Shown here: positions 9,705 through 17,964 of the stretch, piece by piece
Layout of the letters: every line of letters starts with the position of its first letter
How positions within the stretch are numbered: position 1 is the stretch's first letter
From: an uncultured Oligoflexus sp.
GTDB lineage: Bacteria > Bdellovibrionota_B > Oligoflexia > Oligoflexales > Oligoflexaceae
Assembly: GCA_964236955.1 (NCBI GenBank)
Contig: CAXSGP010000015.1
Location: forward strand, 1-49,982
Length of the DNA: 49,982 nucleotides
Direction of reading: 5' to 3'
The notes under the pieces: generated by a model
What the model was told of the DNA's origin: nothing
The model's database searches: none
The model's input: only the letters and a program-made list of their open reading frames with translations
Translations under genes and position numbers: made by a program

Positions 9705-11348
9705 TTAGCGATCAAACCAAGGCAAAGGCATTGCGTACTGCGTGATTCGCGATGGACTTTTTGCCTGCAGTTCCAGCGTTGACATCAAGAGTGCCGGCGC
9801 GACAGTGGAAACGGGTATAGTCCCCGATTCAGCGCCGCAGAAACCATTGTCCACTTCTGAATCTTTGCCTACGGCGATGATATGCGACAGACTGCTGAGA
9901 GGTGTTCCAACAAAATCCACGCCCTTCACATACTTTTCCTTGCCGCTTGGATAGATCTTCACCGCTCTTGTGATTTGACCCATAAAGGCCTGAAAGTTAT
10001 AGGCGTCCGTATCGGTTTCGCCGCCTTCGACATCGAGCAGTATCATACCAAACGGAGCCTTCTGCCGTTTGATCTCTTCGATAAGCTTTCGCTTCATTCC
10101 CTCCCAATCGAGCAGACTATGGCTTTCGATAATGAGATTCGACATCCGGCTGACCGGCCTTTCATCGATTTGATTTCGGGCATGCCCGTTGCTCTGATGG
10201 CCCTGTTTTTTAAGGGGACTGCGAGTCGTCAGAAAGCCTTTGAGAATGCCGCGTTCAACCAGTAGAGCCCGCTTGCCGGGACTGCCTTCATCATCAAAAG
10301 GATAGTGGGCCAAAAGCGTTTTGCCGCGATAGAGCTTCACGCCGGGATCATCGATGATAGTCAGGTCTTCGTGCATGATCTTTTGATGAAGCTTATCCTT
10401 AAAGGTTCGGCCTTCGCTCTCCGAGAGCAATCGACTTCCCTCCAGGCGGTGGCCAACAACTTCATGAAGAAAAAGACCGGCAGCTTTAGCCGACAGCAAC
10501 ACGGGACCAGCAAACGAAGTCATCGGCTCGCCGTTTTCAACACTGCGGTATTGCTCGATGCGTATTTTGATCTCTTTGGTAAAATCATTAAGACTTGGCA
10601 GTTCGCTGAGCTCGGCGACGTGATTTACCACGGAATAGTCCTGATCCAGTTTTCTGGTGTGAAACCAAAAATAGGAATGCAGGGAAAAAACCGGTTCCTG
10701 CCAGACCCGCTTCACGCCTTCGGAGCTGACAAAGATCTTCGTAGTCTTCTCGACGTTGAATTCCACATAAGAGTTTTTGATCTCCGGATATTTTTTAAAG
10801 ATCGCGCTCGATTTCTTCAGATAGTCGCGCCAGTATTCAATATCGATCTGATATTCGTTCAGCCTGGGAACTTTAAAATCCTTGGGTGGGTTCCCGTCAG
10901 GTTTTTGAAAGGAGGGGAAGCTGCGGTTCTGATCGAGAAAACTCACATCTCTCGACTTCTTGCCATGAAACTTGCTTACCGCCTCCCGAAACTTGGCGTC
11001 ACTTAGCCGCCAAAGCGAGAAGCGAAAGCTATCGATATTGTTTTCGATCGGGAGTTCGAAGAGTTCGGCCTGCTCCTGCTCTTCCTGCGTCTCATCGAGA
11101 CCGCCCTTGCTGGTCTGATCATAGCCATAGCTTCCCACCCTGACTTCGGCATAGCAGCTGCGGCGACGCTCGTCCTTATCCTGATAAAGCGCTCCATAGC
11201 GGGCGCTAAGATTCAGCGAGTGCGAATCGCGAATTAAATAACTGATAAAATAAGGCTTGGGATGACGAGGAGCACGCAAAGATCGCATCGACCGGGAGAT
11301 TTCAGCTACCATCGCCTGGATGAGCTGCTGGCATTGGGATCGATTCAT
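9705..11348 (-). CDS. TldD/PmbA family metalloprotease (TldD-like, catalytic)
   Basis: HEVVGHRLEG, SNGHAR, RMSNL, GFCGAESG; start likely ATG 11348. Confidence 0.9.
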   Translation of the reverse strand: MNRSQCQQLIQAMVAEISRSMRSLRAPRHPKPYFISYLIRDSHSLNLSARYGALYQDKDERRRSCYAEVRVGSYGYDQTSKGGLDETQEEQEQAELFELPIENNIDSFRFSLWRLSDAKFREAVSKFHGKKSRDVSFLDQNRSFPSFQKPDGNPPKDFKVPRLNEYQIDIEYWRDYLKKSSAIFKKYPEIKNSYVEFNVEKTTKIFVSSEGVKRVWQEPVFSLHSYFWFHTRKLDQDYSVVNHVAELSELPSLNDFTKEIKIRIEQYRSVENGEPMTSFAGPVLLSAKAAGLFLHEVVGHRLEGSRLLSESEGRTFKDKLHQKIMHEDLTIIDDPGVKLYRGKTLLAHYPFDDEGSPGKRALLVERGILKGFLTTRSPLKKQGHQSNGHARNQIDERPVSRMSNLIIESHSLLDWEGMKRKLIEEIKRQKAPFGMILLDVEGGETDTDAYNFQAFMGQITRAVKIYPSGKEKYVKGVDFVGTPLSSLSHIIAVGKDSEVDNGFCGAESGTIPVSTVAPALLMSTLELQAKSPSRITQYAMPLPWFDR

Positions 11349-11509
11349 TAAGAAGGCTTTCGTATTAAAGTTCGCAGACAGGGGATTGGATAACAAGAGC
11401 CGAGGCCACTATTACCTGAGCCGACCTTCTGGCGCAAGCTTTCTATGCCTCGGAATTAAGCCGACACAGGCCCGATGCGACCCAGGCTCCTCATGCTTTG
11501 ACATGGTCC

Positions 11510-11959
11510 TTAAGGAGTCTTTTTGTCAATTCTAAGCTGGAGATTGCGTTCACCAAAGGGGATCTGTTCCGCACCGCCCGAAAGATCGCCTGGTTGATCT
11601 GGCCCCGCAACGCCGTCCTTGTCAATTCTAACTTTAATCCTAAGCGATTGCGGTGGGGGTGCATCCGGGTTCATGACGCGAAGCGCTTCTTTCGTTACGA
11701 GAAAGGGAATGGGCTGCGAGAGGTCGAGCGGCATTTTTTCTTTCATCGCACCGAAGGGCATAGGCATTTTGCTCTTGGCATCATAAATGATGACAAACAA
11801 GGTCTCGATTCCTGTGGCGTCAGCCTTCAGTTCGTCGGCAATAGTGATCGTGCCCGATACAAAAACCGGCGATTTTTCACCCATATTCAAGGCCGCAAAA
11901 AATCCGGCAATGACGATAATCACAACCCCTATCAAGCCTATCCACTTCAGTCCCTTCAC
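11510..11959 (-). CDS. Stand-alone membrane-anchored protein resembling the CcmI/CycH C-terminal Ig-like domain
   Basis: One TM, then VSGTITIA...LFVII...PMPFGA...RIDKDGVA...PGDLSG pattern typical of the CycH C-terminus. Confidence 0.7.
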   Translation of the reverse strand: MKGLKWIGLIGVVIIVIAGFFAALNMGEKSPVFVSGTITIADELKADATGIETLFVIIYDAKSKMPMPFGAMKEKMPLDLSQPIPFLVTKEALRVMNPDAPPPQSLRIKVRIDKDGVAGPDQPGDLSGGAEQIPFGERNLQLRIDKKTP

Positions 11960-11969
11960 AGCATACTCC

Positions 11970-12503
11970 TTATTTTTTACGCTTTTTCAAAGACAAAACC
12001 AAAGTCATCTCAGCGACGACCTCTGGTGAAATACTGGGCACGGTCGCAATCACTTTCAAAGGCGCATCGACTCGCTCGCCGGTGCGTATCGCGGCGGCTA
12101 CAAGCTCGCTGATGGCAAGCCCTTGATCGCAGGTGAAGACGACGTCGCCAAGGGGACGTTTCAAAAAACTTCCCTGCACGGACTTAAACACGAAATCGAC
12201 CTTCTCACCGCTTTGAAATATCAGCTTAACGGCATAGAATCCAGCCGCTACGTCCGCCCCTATCATCAAGGCCCCAAAATACATGGATCCCAGGTGATTT
12301 TTAGAGCGGCGCCGTAGGGGAATCAACATCCTTAGCTGCTCCGCATCCATAGTGAGGACCCTGGGCCGCACAAAACCAATGAGCGGAACTTTCCACCAGG
12401 CAAATAGCTTGAGCAGAATGCTGTCACGAAAGGTCTCAGGAAAAATACGTCTAAATAACGAAGAACTGTCCATAAACCTGACGCTCCCAAGCAAAGGGTC
12501 CAT
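11970..12503 (-). CDS. Hotdog-fold PaaI/DUF4442-like thioesterase
   Basis: KNHLGSMYFGALMIGADVAAG, FLKRPLGDVVF; start may be a later Met. Confidence 0.85.
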   Translation of the reverse strand: MDPLLGSVRFMDSSSLFRRIFPETFRDSILLKLFAWWKVPLIGFVRPRVLTMDAEQLRMLIPLRRRSKNHLGSMYFGALMIGADVAAGFYAVKLIFQSGEKVDFVFKSVQGSFLKRPLGDVVFTCDQGLAISELVAAAIRTGERVDAPLKVIATVPSISPEVVAEMTLVLSLKKRKK

Positions 12504-12579
12504 TCAAAGTACCTGACCCATCCTCAAGAATCCAATGACTTATGGCTCATCAGGATTCACCGGGCCAGTCCTTTCAGAC

Positions 12580-12595
12580 TGGCACGCTTCCTGCT
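12580..12595 (+). promoter_or_regulatory. sigma54 (-24/-12) promoter for the repeat lipoprotein
   Basis: TGGCACGCTTCCTGCT = GG-N10-GC with TGGCACG core, ~65 nt upstream of ATG 12659. Confidence 0.7.
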
Positions 12596-12658
12596 GAAGG
12601 GTGCTGGTGATAGGTCGGTCTCAATCCAAATCCCATGTTGTTGTTGTTGAGGTTATCC

Positions 12659-13060
12659 ATGTTGAAGTTGAAGCACCAGTTGTCCCTAGTTTTGGTTTTA
12701 AGTTTCCCCCTGATGACCGCTTGCGGAAACGCAAGCTTTACCGGTAAGTCCGGGCACAAGGGTGATAACAAAACAGAGAACGTGTTACCACCAGCCAAGG
12801 AGCTTCCCTTAGAGCCTAAGAAGGAAGGTCCCAAGCCTGGCACTGAAGTGCCAGTGCTCCCAGAAAAACCAGGAGTGCCCGGTGTCCCAACCGGTCCTGG
12901 TAAAGAGAATCCGGGTCAAAACCCAGGTCAAAACCCAGGTCAGAATCCCGGACAAAGCAAAGGTAACCCTAACGAACCGGAAGTGTGCATCGACCCGAAA
13001 GGCAAAATAGTTGTTTGCCCTGACGCCGATGAACCTGCACAAAATCCAGTTCAAAACTAA
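12659..13060 (+). CDS. Pro/Gly/Gln-rich lipoprotein with NPGQ repeats
   Basis: GAGG RBS; lipobox LMTAC followed by GNASFTG; (NPGQ)4; C-terminal Cys pair. Confidence 0.8.
   Translation: MLKLKHQLSLVLVLSFPLMTACGNASFTGKSGHKGDNKTENVLPPAKELPLEPKKEGPKPGTEVPVLPEKPGVPGVPTGPGKENPGQNPGQNPGQNPGQSKGNPNEPEVCIDPKGKIVVCPDADEPAQNPVQN
12908..12955 (+). repeat. 12-bp tandem repeat x4 encoding NPGQ
   Basis: aatccgggtcaa aacccaggtcaa aacccaggtcag aatcccggacaa. Confidence 0.9.
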
Positions 13061-13066
13061 GCCTTT

Positions 13067-13114
13067 GCAGACGGTCGCCTGCTGCCAACCCCGGCAGGCG
13101 GCCCTGCCCTTTTT
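13067..13114 (+). terminator. Intrinsic terminator between the two lipoprotein paralogues
   Basis: GGTCGCCTGCTG/CGGCAGGCGGCC stem, T-run at 13110-13114. Confidence 0.7.
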
Positions 13115-13213
13115 CCTGCTCCAAATTTCCCTAAGCCAATTCGCTTGACTTTTATTTTTGACATAGCTAGAAAGCGCCTGTCCCGAAAATTTAAATCGGA
13201 TCAGGAGAAAGAT

Positions 13214-13684
13214 ATGAGTATCTTCGCGCGCTCGCTAGTCTTGAGTTTTGTTCTAGTTTCAACGGGCTGTGGCACTGCTAAATTCACCGGAAATCATCGT
13301 AAATTGCCCCCCAATCCCAATAAATCGGCCAATACTGGCCTTGATTCCAATCCCTGCAGGGACACTCAACCGCTGGTAGCTGTTGAGATTCCTGGCGTTC
13401 CTGATCCTGTTGAAAATCCCAGTGTTCCCGATCCCGTTGAAATTCCCGGCGTTGCCAATCCCCCGAGTCCTGACGATACAAGTGATGACGAACAAAGCCA
13501 AAACAACGCTTCCGAACCTTCAGAAAACCCCATGACAGCTTCCAGCGAGCATGAGGATGAGCCGCAAAATCCAACTGGAGTTGAAGACGGTCAAAATCAT
13601 GAGGCAGCGCCCGCAGCCAACGCAGCCAACGCAGCCAACGCAGCCAACGCAGCGACCGGAACCCCGATCTGCAAAGTTCCCTAA
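13214..13684 (+). CDS. Low-complexity acidic/Pro-rich lipoprotein, paralogue of the upstream gene
   Basis: AGGAG RBS, ATG 13214; lipobox VSTGC followed by GTAKFTG; VEIPGVPDP and AAN repeats. Confidence 0.8.
   Translation: MSIFARSLVLSFVLVSTGCGTAKFTGNHRKLPPNPNKSANTGLDSNPCRDTQPLVAVEIPGVPDPVENPSVPDPVEIPGVANPPSPDDTSDDEQSQNNASEPSENPMTASSEHEDEPQNPTGVEDGQNHEAAPAANAANAANAANAATGTPICKVP
13382..13462 (+). repeat. 27-bp degenerate tandem repeat x3 (VExPxVxxP)
   Basis: VEIPGVPDP VENPSVPDP VEIPGVANP. Confidence 0.8.
13613..13653 (+). repeat. Perfect 9-bp tandem repeat GCAGCCAAC x4 plus partial copy (AAN)
   Basis: Read directly from sequence. Confidence 0.95.
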
Positions 13685-13761
13685 TTATCGAGCCTAGATT
13701 TCTCTTGTAGGAATGCCAAGGCTCCTTCTTAAATCGCCTGTCCCTCAGTCAGAATTTAAAA

Positions 13762-13789
13762 CGGCTTCTTACCAAAAGGTAGGAAGCCG
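13762..13789. terminator. Bidirectional terminator between convergent genes
   Basis: CGGCTTCTTACC-AAAA-GGTAGGAAGCCG with A/T-rich flanks. Confidence 0.8.
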
Positions 13790-13813
13790 GTATTTTATTC
13801 CATAAGCTAAGCT

Positions 13814-14119
13814 CTAGAACTTTTTCTTTTTGCACTTCGGGCACGATCCCACTTCAGCAAGGCAATGGGGGCAAATCTCAATCACATGATTCACCTGCCC
13901 AGGCTCTTTGACTGGATCAGGATTTTTCACCCGCTGAGCCTCGTAGGCTCCCCTCACCAGTCCACCGCTTAAGGCCTTTCTCATAAAATAATAAGCACCG
14001 CCCAGAAATATAAGCGGCAAGACCAGTTTCCACGCTGCAGCGAGGACGCCGATGCCTCCTTTCATCAGAAAGAAAATGGCCGCCAGCATCAGTAAGATTT
14101 GGGTGGTGAACGATTTCAA
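13814..14119 (-). CDS. Small two-TM protein with C-terminal CPHC-x6-CPKC zinc-ribbon-like motif, last gene of the ccm operon
   Basis: TTG start overlaps the upstream stop by 4 nt; two hydrophobic segments; two CxxC. Confidence 0.75.
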   Translation of the reverse strand: MKSFTTQILLMLAAIFFLMKGGIGVLAAAWKLVLPLIFLGGAYYFMRKALSGGLVRGAYEAQRVKNPDPVKEPGQVNHVIEICPHCLAEVGSCPKCKKKKF

Positions 14120-14808
14120 ACAACTTCCTCACTGTGTATCAACTGGGGCTTGGTATAGTAGGCGATTGTAAAAGCTGTGATGAATAAAATGGCAGCCACA
14201 ATCCCGCCCATCACCCACAGACGCCCCCGACCCTCAGGAACATTTTCAAAACTATAATGAATGGGAACGCCAACCGCTCCAGCAGTCAGGGTATAGGTAT
14301 CAAATTTTCGGGTGGAGAGCTCCACTCCTTTTTTCACTTCCATCCCATCAGGACCTTTAACGGCAAAGCTATCCTGCCAAACGAACAGACCCAAGGTCTC
14401 AAAAGGATAAGGTGGCGTAAAGGTCGCGCTGGCGGTCCCCTGGCTTCCTAACATTTTAAAACTAATCTGAACCAGGGTCTCTCCGGGAGGAAAGATCTTA
14501 TCGACGATAATCCCGCCGTCTGGCCCAAGTTTAAGCTCATCAGGACTTAAAACATCCTGGGCCTGAAAATCCACAGTCTCCTTTGGCAGCATAACGGGAA
14601 AGGTATATTTCTCGGGTTGCGGACTGTCATTGTTCACAACAAAGATATAGGACCCCCAAATCGAATCGACGCCCGGATAGAGGATATAGATGTGTTTACC
14701 GGCTATGGCTGTCGTTGCCCCCGCCTGGGAGGGAGCCAATGCCAATCCGAACGTCAGGAGGAGGACTCTAAACAAGCCTTCATGAAACCGCTGTAATATC
14801 CTAGTCAT
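14116..14808 (-). CDS. Hypothetical periplasmic beta-rich protein with signal peptide and C-terminal TM anchor, in the ccm operon
   Basis: Start overlaps the upstream stop; signal AQAG-like region; C-terminal LWVMGGIVAAILFITAFTIAYY. Confidence 0.78.
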   Translation of the reverse strand: MTRILQRFHEGLFRVLLLTFGLALAPSQAGATTAIAGKHIYILYPGVDSIWGSYIFVVNNDSPQPEKYTFPVMLPKETVDFQAQDVLSPDELKLGPDGGIIVDKIFPPGETLVQISFKMLGSQGTASATFTPPYPFETLGLFVWQDSFAVKGPDGMEVKKGVELSTRKFDTYTLTAGAVGVPIHYSFENVPEGRGRLWVMGGIVAAILFITAFTIAYYTKPQLIHSEEVV

Positions 14809-15119
14809 CAGCTTTGCCCTCCTTTGGCTTTCTGAGCGGCCAAGAGATCGTTGATAAAATCAAGACGGCGTGCGGCGTCTATGTAACGATTGCTCAGATA
14901 CTGCTTCCGCTGCTCCCAAACGATCCGGCTGATTTTCTTAGCGTCAAAAGTTTTTTCGTCTTCAATATAACGCTTTAGAATAGCTTCTTTCGTAGCCACC
15001 AGACGCTCCGGTGAATTGAGCGAGGATGCCGACGCGAGGGCGCCCCCCTTCGCTAAAAAGAGCGGGGAGAAAATGATCAGGACTGCGGCAAGCGAAACTA
15101 AAGATGCAAAAATAAACAT
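14808..15119 (-). CDS. CcmI/CycH N-terminal-like small membrane protein
   Basis: N-terminal TM ending in SPLF, then helical region EDEKTFDAKKIS; directly after ccmH with 1-nt overlap. Confidence 0.55.
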   Translation of the reverse strand: MFIFASLVSLAAVLIIFSPLFLAKGGALASASSLNSPERLVATKEAILKRYIEDEKTFDAKKISRIVWEQRKQYLSNRYIDAARRLDFINDLLAAQKAKGGQS

Positions 15120-15661
15120 TAAACTTTCTCCCGCTTCATGCGTTGGAGATTTTGTGCCATTTCCTCAAGTATGACGACCGAGGACCTTACTCCGTGACTG
15201 TCGGCCCTGACCCGACGTTTCCATACCAATAGCCAAATCAAAATAGGGCCAAGGATGAGCAGCATGATAGGAATGATCCAGGCGAGGGCATTGAATCCTT
15301 TGACTGGTGGCTCCCGCAGAATCCAGGCTCCATAACGCTCGACGAAGTAATCGACAATCTGCTCGTGATTTTTGCCGAGATTGATTTGCTCCTGAACCTG
15401 TTCCTTGATCTGAACCGAAAATCCGGCATCTGATTCCAAAACACTCAGGCCCGTACAGGTCGGGCAGCGAAACTCTTTGGCGACGTCGCGAAATCTAGGA
15501 TCGTTGGTATCGAATTTAGGTTTCTTCTGATTCGACTCGGAAGCGGCGGGTGGGGTCGCTCCAGCACCGGCAGGGGCAGCTGCTTGGGGTGCAGGCGATG
15601 GCTCCTGGGCCAGGACTGGAAAGCTGATCAAAACGACTAAAAGACTTAAAATTCGCATCAT
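15119..15661 (-). CDS. ccmH: Cytochrome c-type biogenesis protein CcmH
   Basis: FRCPTC, SVLESDA, YFVERYGAWILREPP, WIIP TM; ATGA overlap with the ccmF stop. Confidence 0.92.
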   Translation of the reverse strand: MMRILSLLVVLISFPVLAQEPSPAPQAAAPAGAGATPPAASESNQKKPKFDTNDPRFRDVAKEFRCPTCTGLSVLESDAGFSVQIKEQVQEQINLGKNHEQIVDYFVERYGAWILREPPVKGFNALAWIIPIMLLILGPILIWLLVWKRRVRADSHGVRSSVVILEEMAQNLQRMKREKV

Positions 15662-17655
15662 TTGCTTGTCTCCCACTCACCGGCAACCACATCACGACTT
15701 TTATTACCGCGATACCTGTCAAACAAGGCGATAACTCCCCCGCAGCAGATGATAACGATGGCCAGCCAGACAAAACGAACCGTCGAATTGATGAAGAGTT
15801 GAAAGGTTGCGCGTTTGCCATCGCTTTGATCGAAGTCGACCAGATGAAGATAGATGTCGTGCCAGAAATCGCCGGAAATCGCGATCTCATTGAAAGTCTG
15901 ATCCTTGGTTGGATATTTGGACTGGGCCGGGTCCATTTCCTCTATTAGCTGATTGTTTCTGTAGACATTGACCGGTGCCGTGTAATTGGTCGCGTTGTCC
16001 TTCTGCCTGGGATCGATTCCGCTCGCCTTAAATTCGAAGCGATAGCCATAGAATTCAAAACTTTCGCCAGCTTTAAGTGTCTGACGATGTTCAAGGCCAC
16101 GATAGTTTCCAAGAAAGCCGAAGATGGCGATCAGGATACCCAGGTGGGAAACCCAGCCACCAAAATAGCCGAGGTTTCTTTTAAAGAAAAATACGAATTT
16201 GAATTTGAGATCCGCGAGGCGGTAGTAGAGGTCGCCGATCAAACAGCCTATGGCCCAGGAAACCAGGTAAATACCGACCAGCTGGGCGATCAGATTCTTC
16301 ATCGTCGGCGTGCTCATGACGTCACCGAAATAAACCAGGGCAATCGTCAGGGGGATGGCAAAAACAATGGCTGTAAAGATAATGCGCTTGCCGTGGGGCA
16401 TAGCGTTAGAGCCATAACGCAAAAGGTTGCCAAGGGCGACGCCAAAGATCACCCCAAGTCCGACCCAGGGCGCGAACATATTGAAATAAGGCGCCTGCAC
16501 CGAGATTCTTTGTTTGGTCAGCCATTCGGAAACGATAGGAAACAAAGTGCCGATCAAAACGATGGCGGCAAAGGATATCAGCAGGAATTGGGTCACGACC
16601 AAAGCGGATTCCCGGGACACGCCCCAGACCTTTTCCGTATCGGAAGGCAGAATCGAAGGGGCGCGAAAGGCAAAGATAGTGGCGGAGATTATCATCAAAG
16701 CGGCAAGGTAGAGCAGGTAATTGGGTCCGATCGGCGATTCGGCAAAGGAGTGAACGGAACTGACCACACCCGAACGGGTCAGGAAAGTTCCAAAGAAGGT
16801 CATGAAGAAACCAGCGATTCCAAGGACCAGACTCAGCCGTTTCAAATGTCCGGTCTTATCCTGAACCAAAAGGGAATGCAGCAGGGCCGTCGCCATCAAC
16901 CAAGGCATGAAACTTGAGTTTTCCACGGGATCCCAGGCCCAATATCCACCCCAACCGAGTTCCACATAGGCCCAACGGCCACCCAGAGTGATCGCCGCGC
17001 TAAGAAAGGTAAATGATATCAAAGTCCAGCGACGGACGGTTTTGAGCCAGCCTTCAGTGATATCACCATAGACCAGGGCAGCGATGGAATAAGAGAAAGG
17101 AACGACCAGACAGGTGTAGCCGAAGAAAAGCATAGGCGGATGGATCGCCATGTAAACGTTCTGCAGCAGTTCGTTCATACCGCGGCCATTGGGAGGTGCA
17201 GGCAGATTGGCAATGAAGGGATCAGAGTGGGACCAGGCGAGGTAAAGCATCCAGCAGATGACAGCCTGAATAGCGGCTATGACATAAGGCATTATATGTT
17301 CGTTGTCTTTGGAATGGCTCCAGGCCGCAACCGACCCTATCACCGTCATGTAGGTGAGCCACATCATGTGCGAGCCCTCCAGAGACGACCAAAAAGCCGT
17401 GAGAGTGAAGAGCTTTGGTAGGTCATTGCTTGAGTTTTTCATGACATAGGCTAGAGCATAGTCACGCTGAAAGAGCGAGTAAACGATCAGTCCTGAGGCA
17501 GCGACCGTGAGCAGAGTCGTCACGGTCAGAGCCAATTTTGACGAGAGATAGAGTCGCCGGTGACGCCAGAAAGCAGCTAATATCGCAGCGACAAAGCCGT
17601 AGAAACTACAGATAAAGCCAAGTAGGATCAGAAAGAAACCTTCATTTGCGAACAT
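15658..17655 (-). CDS. ccmF: Heme lyase CcmF
   Basis: IHPP, WAYVELGWGGYWAWDPVENSS, TRSGVVSSVHSF; start likely ATG 17655. Confidence 0.96.
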   Translation of the reverse strand: MFANEGFFLILLGFICSFYGFVAAILAAFWRHRRLYLSSKLALTVTTLLTVAASGLIVYSLFQRDYALAYVMKNSSNDLPKLFTLTAFWSSLEGSHMMWLTYMTVIGSVAAWSHSKDNEHIMPYVIAAIQAVICWMLYLAWSHSDPFIANLPAPPNGRGMNELLQNVYMAIHPPMLFFGYTCLVVPFSYSIAALVYGDITEGWLKTVRRWTLISFTFLSAAITLGGRWAYVELGWGGYWAWDPVENSSFMPWLMATALLHSLLVQDKTGHLKRLSLVLGIAGFFMTFFGTFLTRSGVVSSVHSFAESPIGPNYLLYLAALMIISATIFAFRAPSILPSDTEKVWGVSRESALVVTQFLLISFAAIVLIGTLFPIVSEWLTKQRISVQAPYFNMFAPWVGLGVIFGVALGNLLRYGSNAMPHGKRIIFTAIVFAIPLTIALVYFGDVMSTPTMKNLIAQLVGIYLVSWAIGCLIGDLYYRLADLKFKFVFFFKRNLGYFGGWVSHLGILIAIFGFLGNYRGLEHRQTLKAGESFEFYGYRFEFKASGIDPRQKDNATNYTAPVNVYRNNQLIEEMDPAQSKYPTKDQTFNEIAISGDFWHDIYLHLVDFDQSDGKRATFQLFINSTVRFVWLAIVIICCGGVIALFDRYRGNKSRDVVAGEWETSK

Positions 17656-17964
17656 AGACGCCTCTTTGGGGGTCAAAGATCAGTGCCAAGCAACTTGGAC
17701 TAGTTTTGCGGACTCGACGTTTCGGACTCGGATATTCTACACATAACGAGTTGAATAATCTTGATGAAAACAATGGCATCCGCCCCGCCAGCCCTTGATA
17801 TCGAAATTCCGTACTAGGTCACTATAGTTAGAATCAATGCGTTCGAATACCCTCAAGGGCAATTATGAGAAAAATTGTGTCAAAGGCCCTTGCATGTCGC
17901 GTGGCGCCTTTGTATTCAGAGAGTCTGGAATTTGCGGGTGATCAGCCTAGAAAGTCTTAAACTT

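Noticed and set aside
12908..13653. Short tandem repeats as a possible CRISPR array
   Set aside because: In-frame coding repeats without unique spacers; no cas genes
9705..13684. TldD plus small repeat proteins as a RiPP cluster
   Set aside because: No YcaO, radical SAM or other maturase or transporter; the small proteins have lipoprotein signals and are on the opposite strand
16087..16917. 276-aa ORF antisense to ccmF, and similar long shadows over nadC, the TldD-like gene, HD-GYP and ACE
   Set aside because: Fully overlap confident genes on the opposite strand; no independent coding evidence
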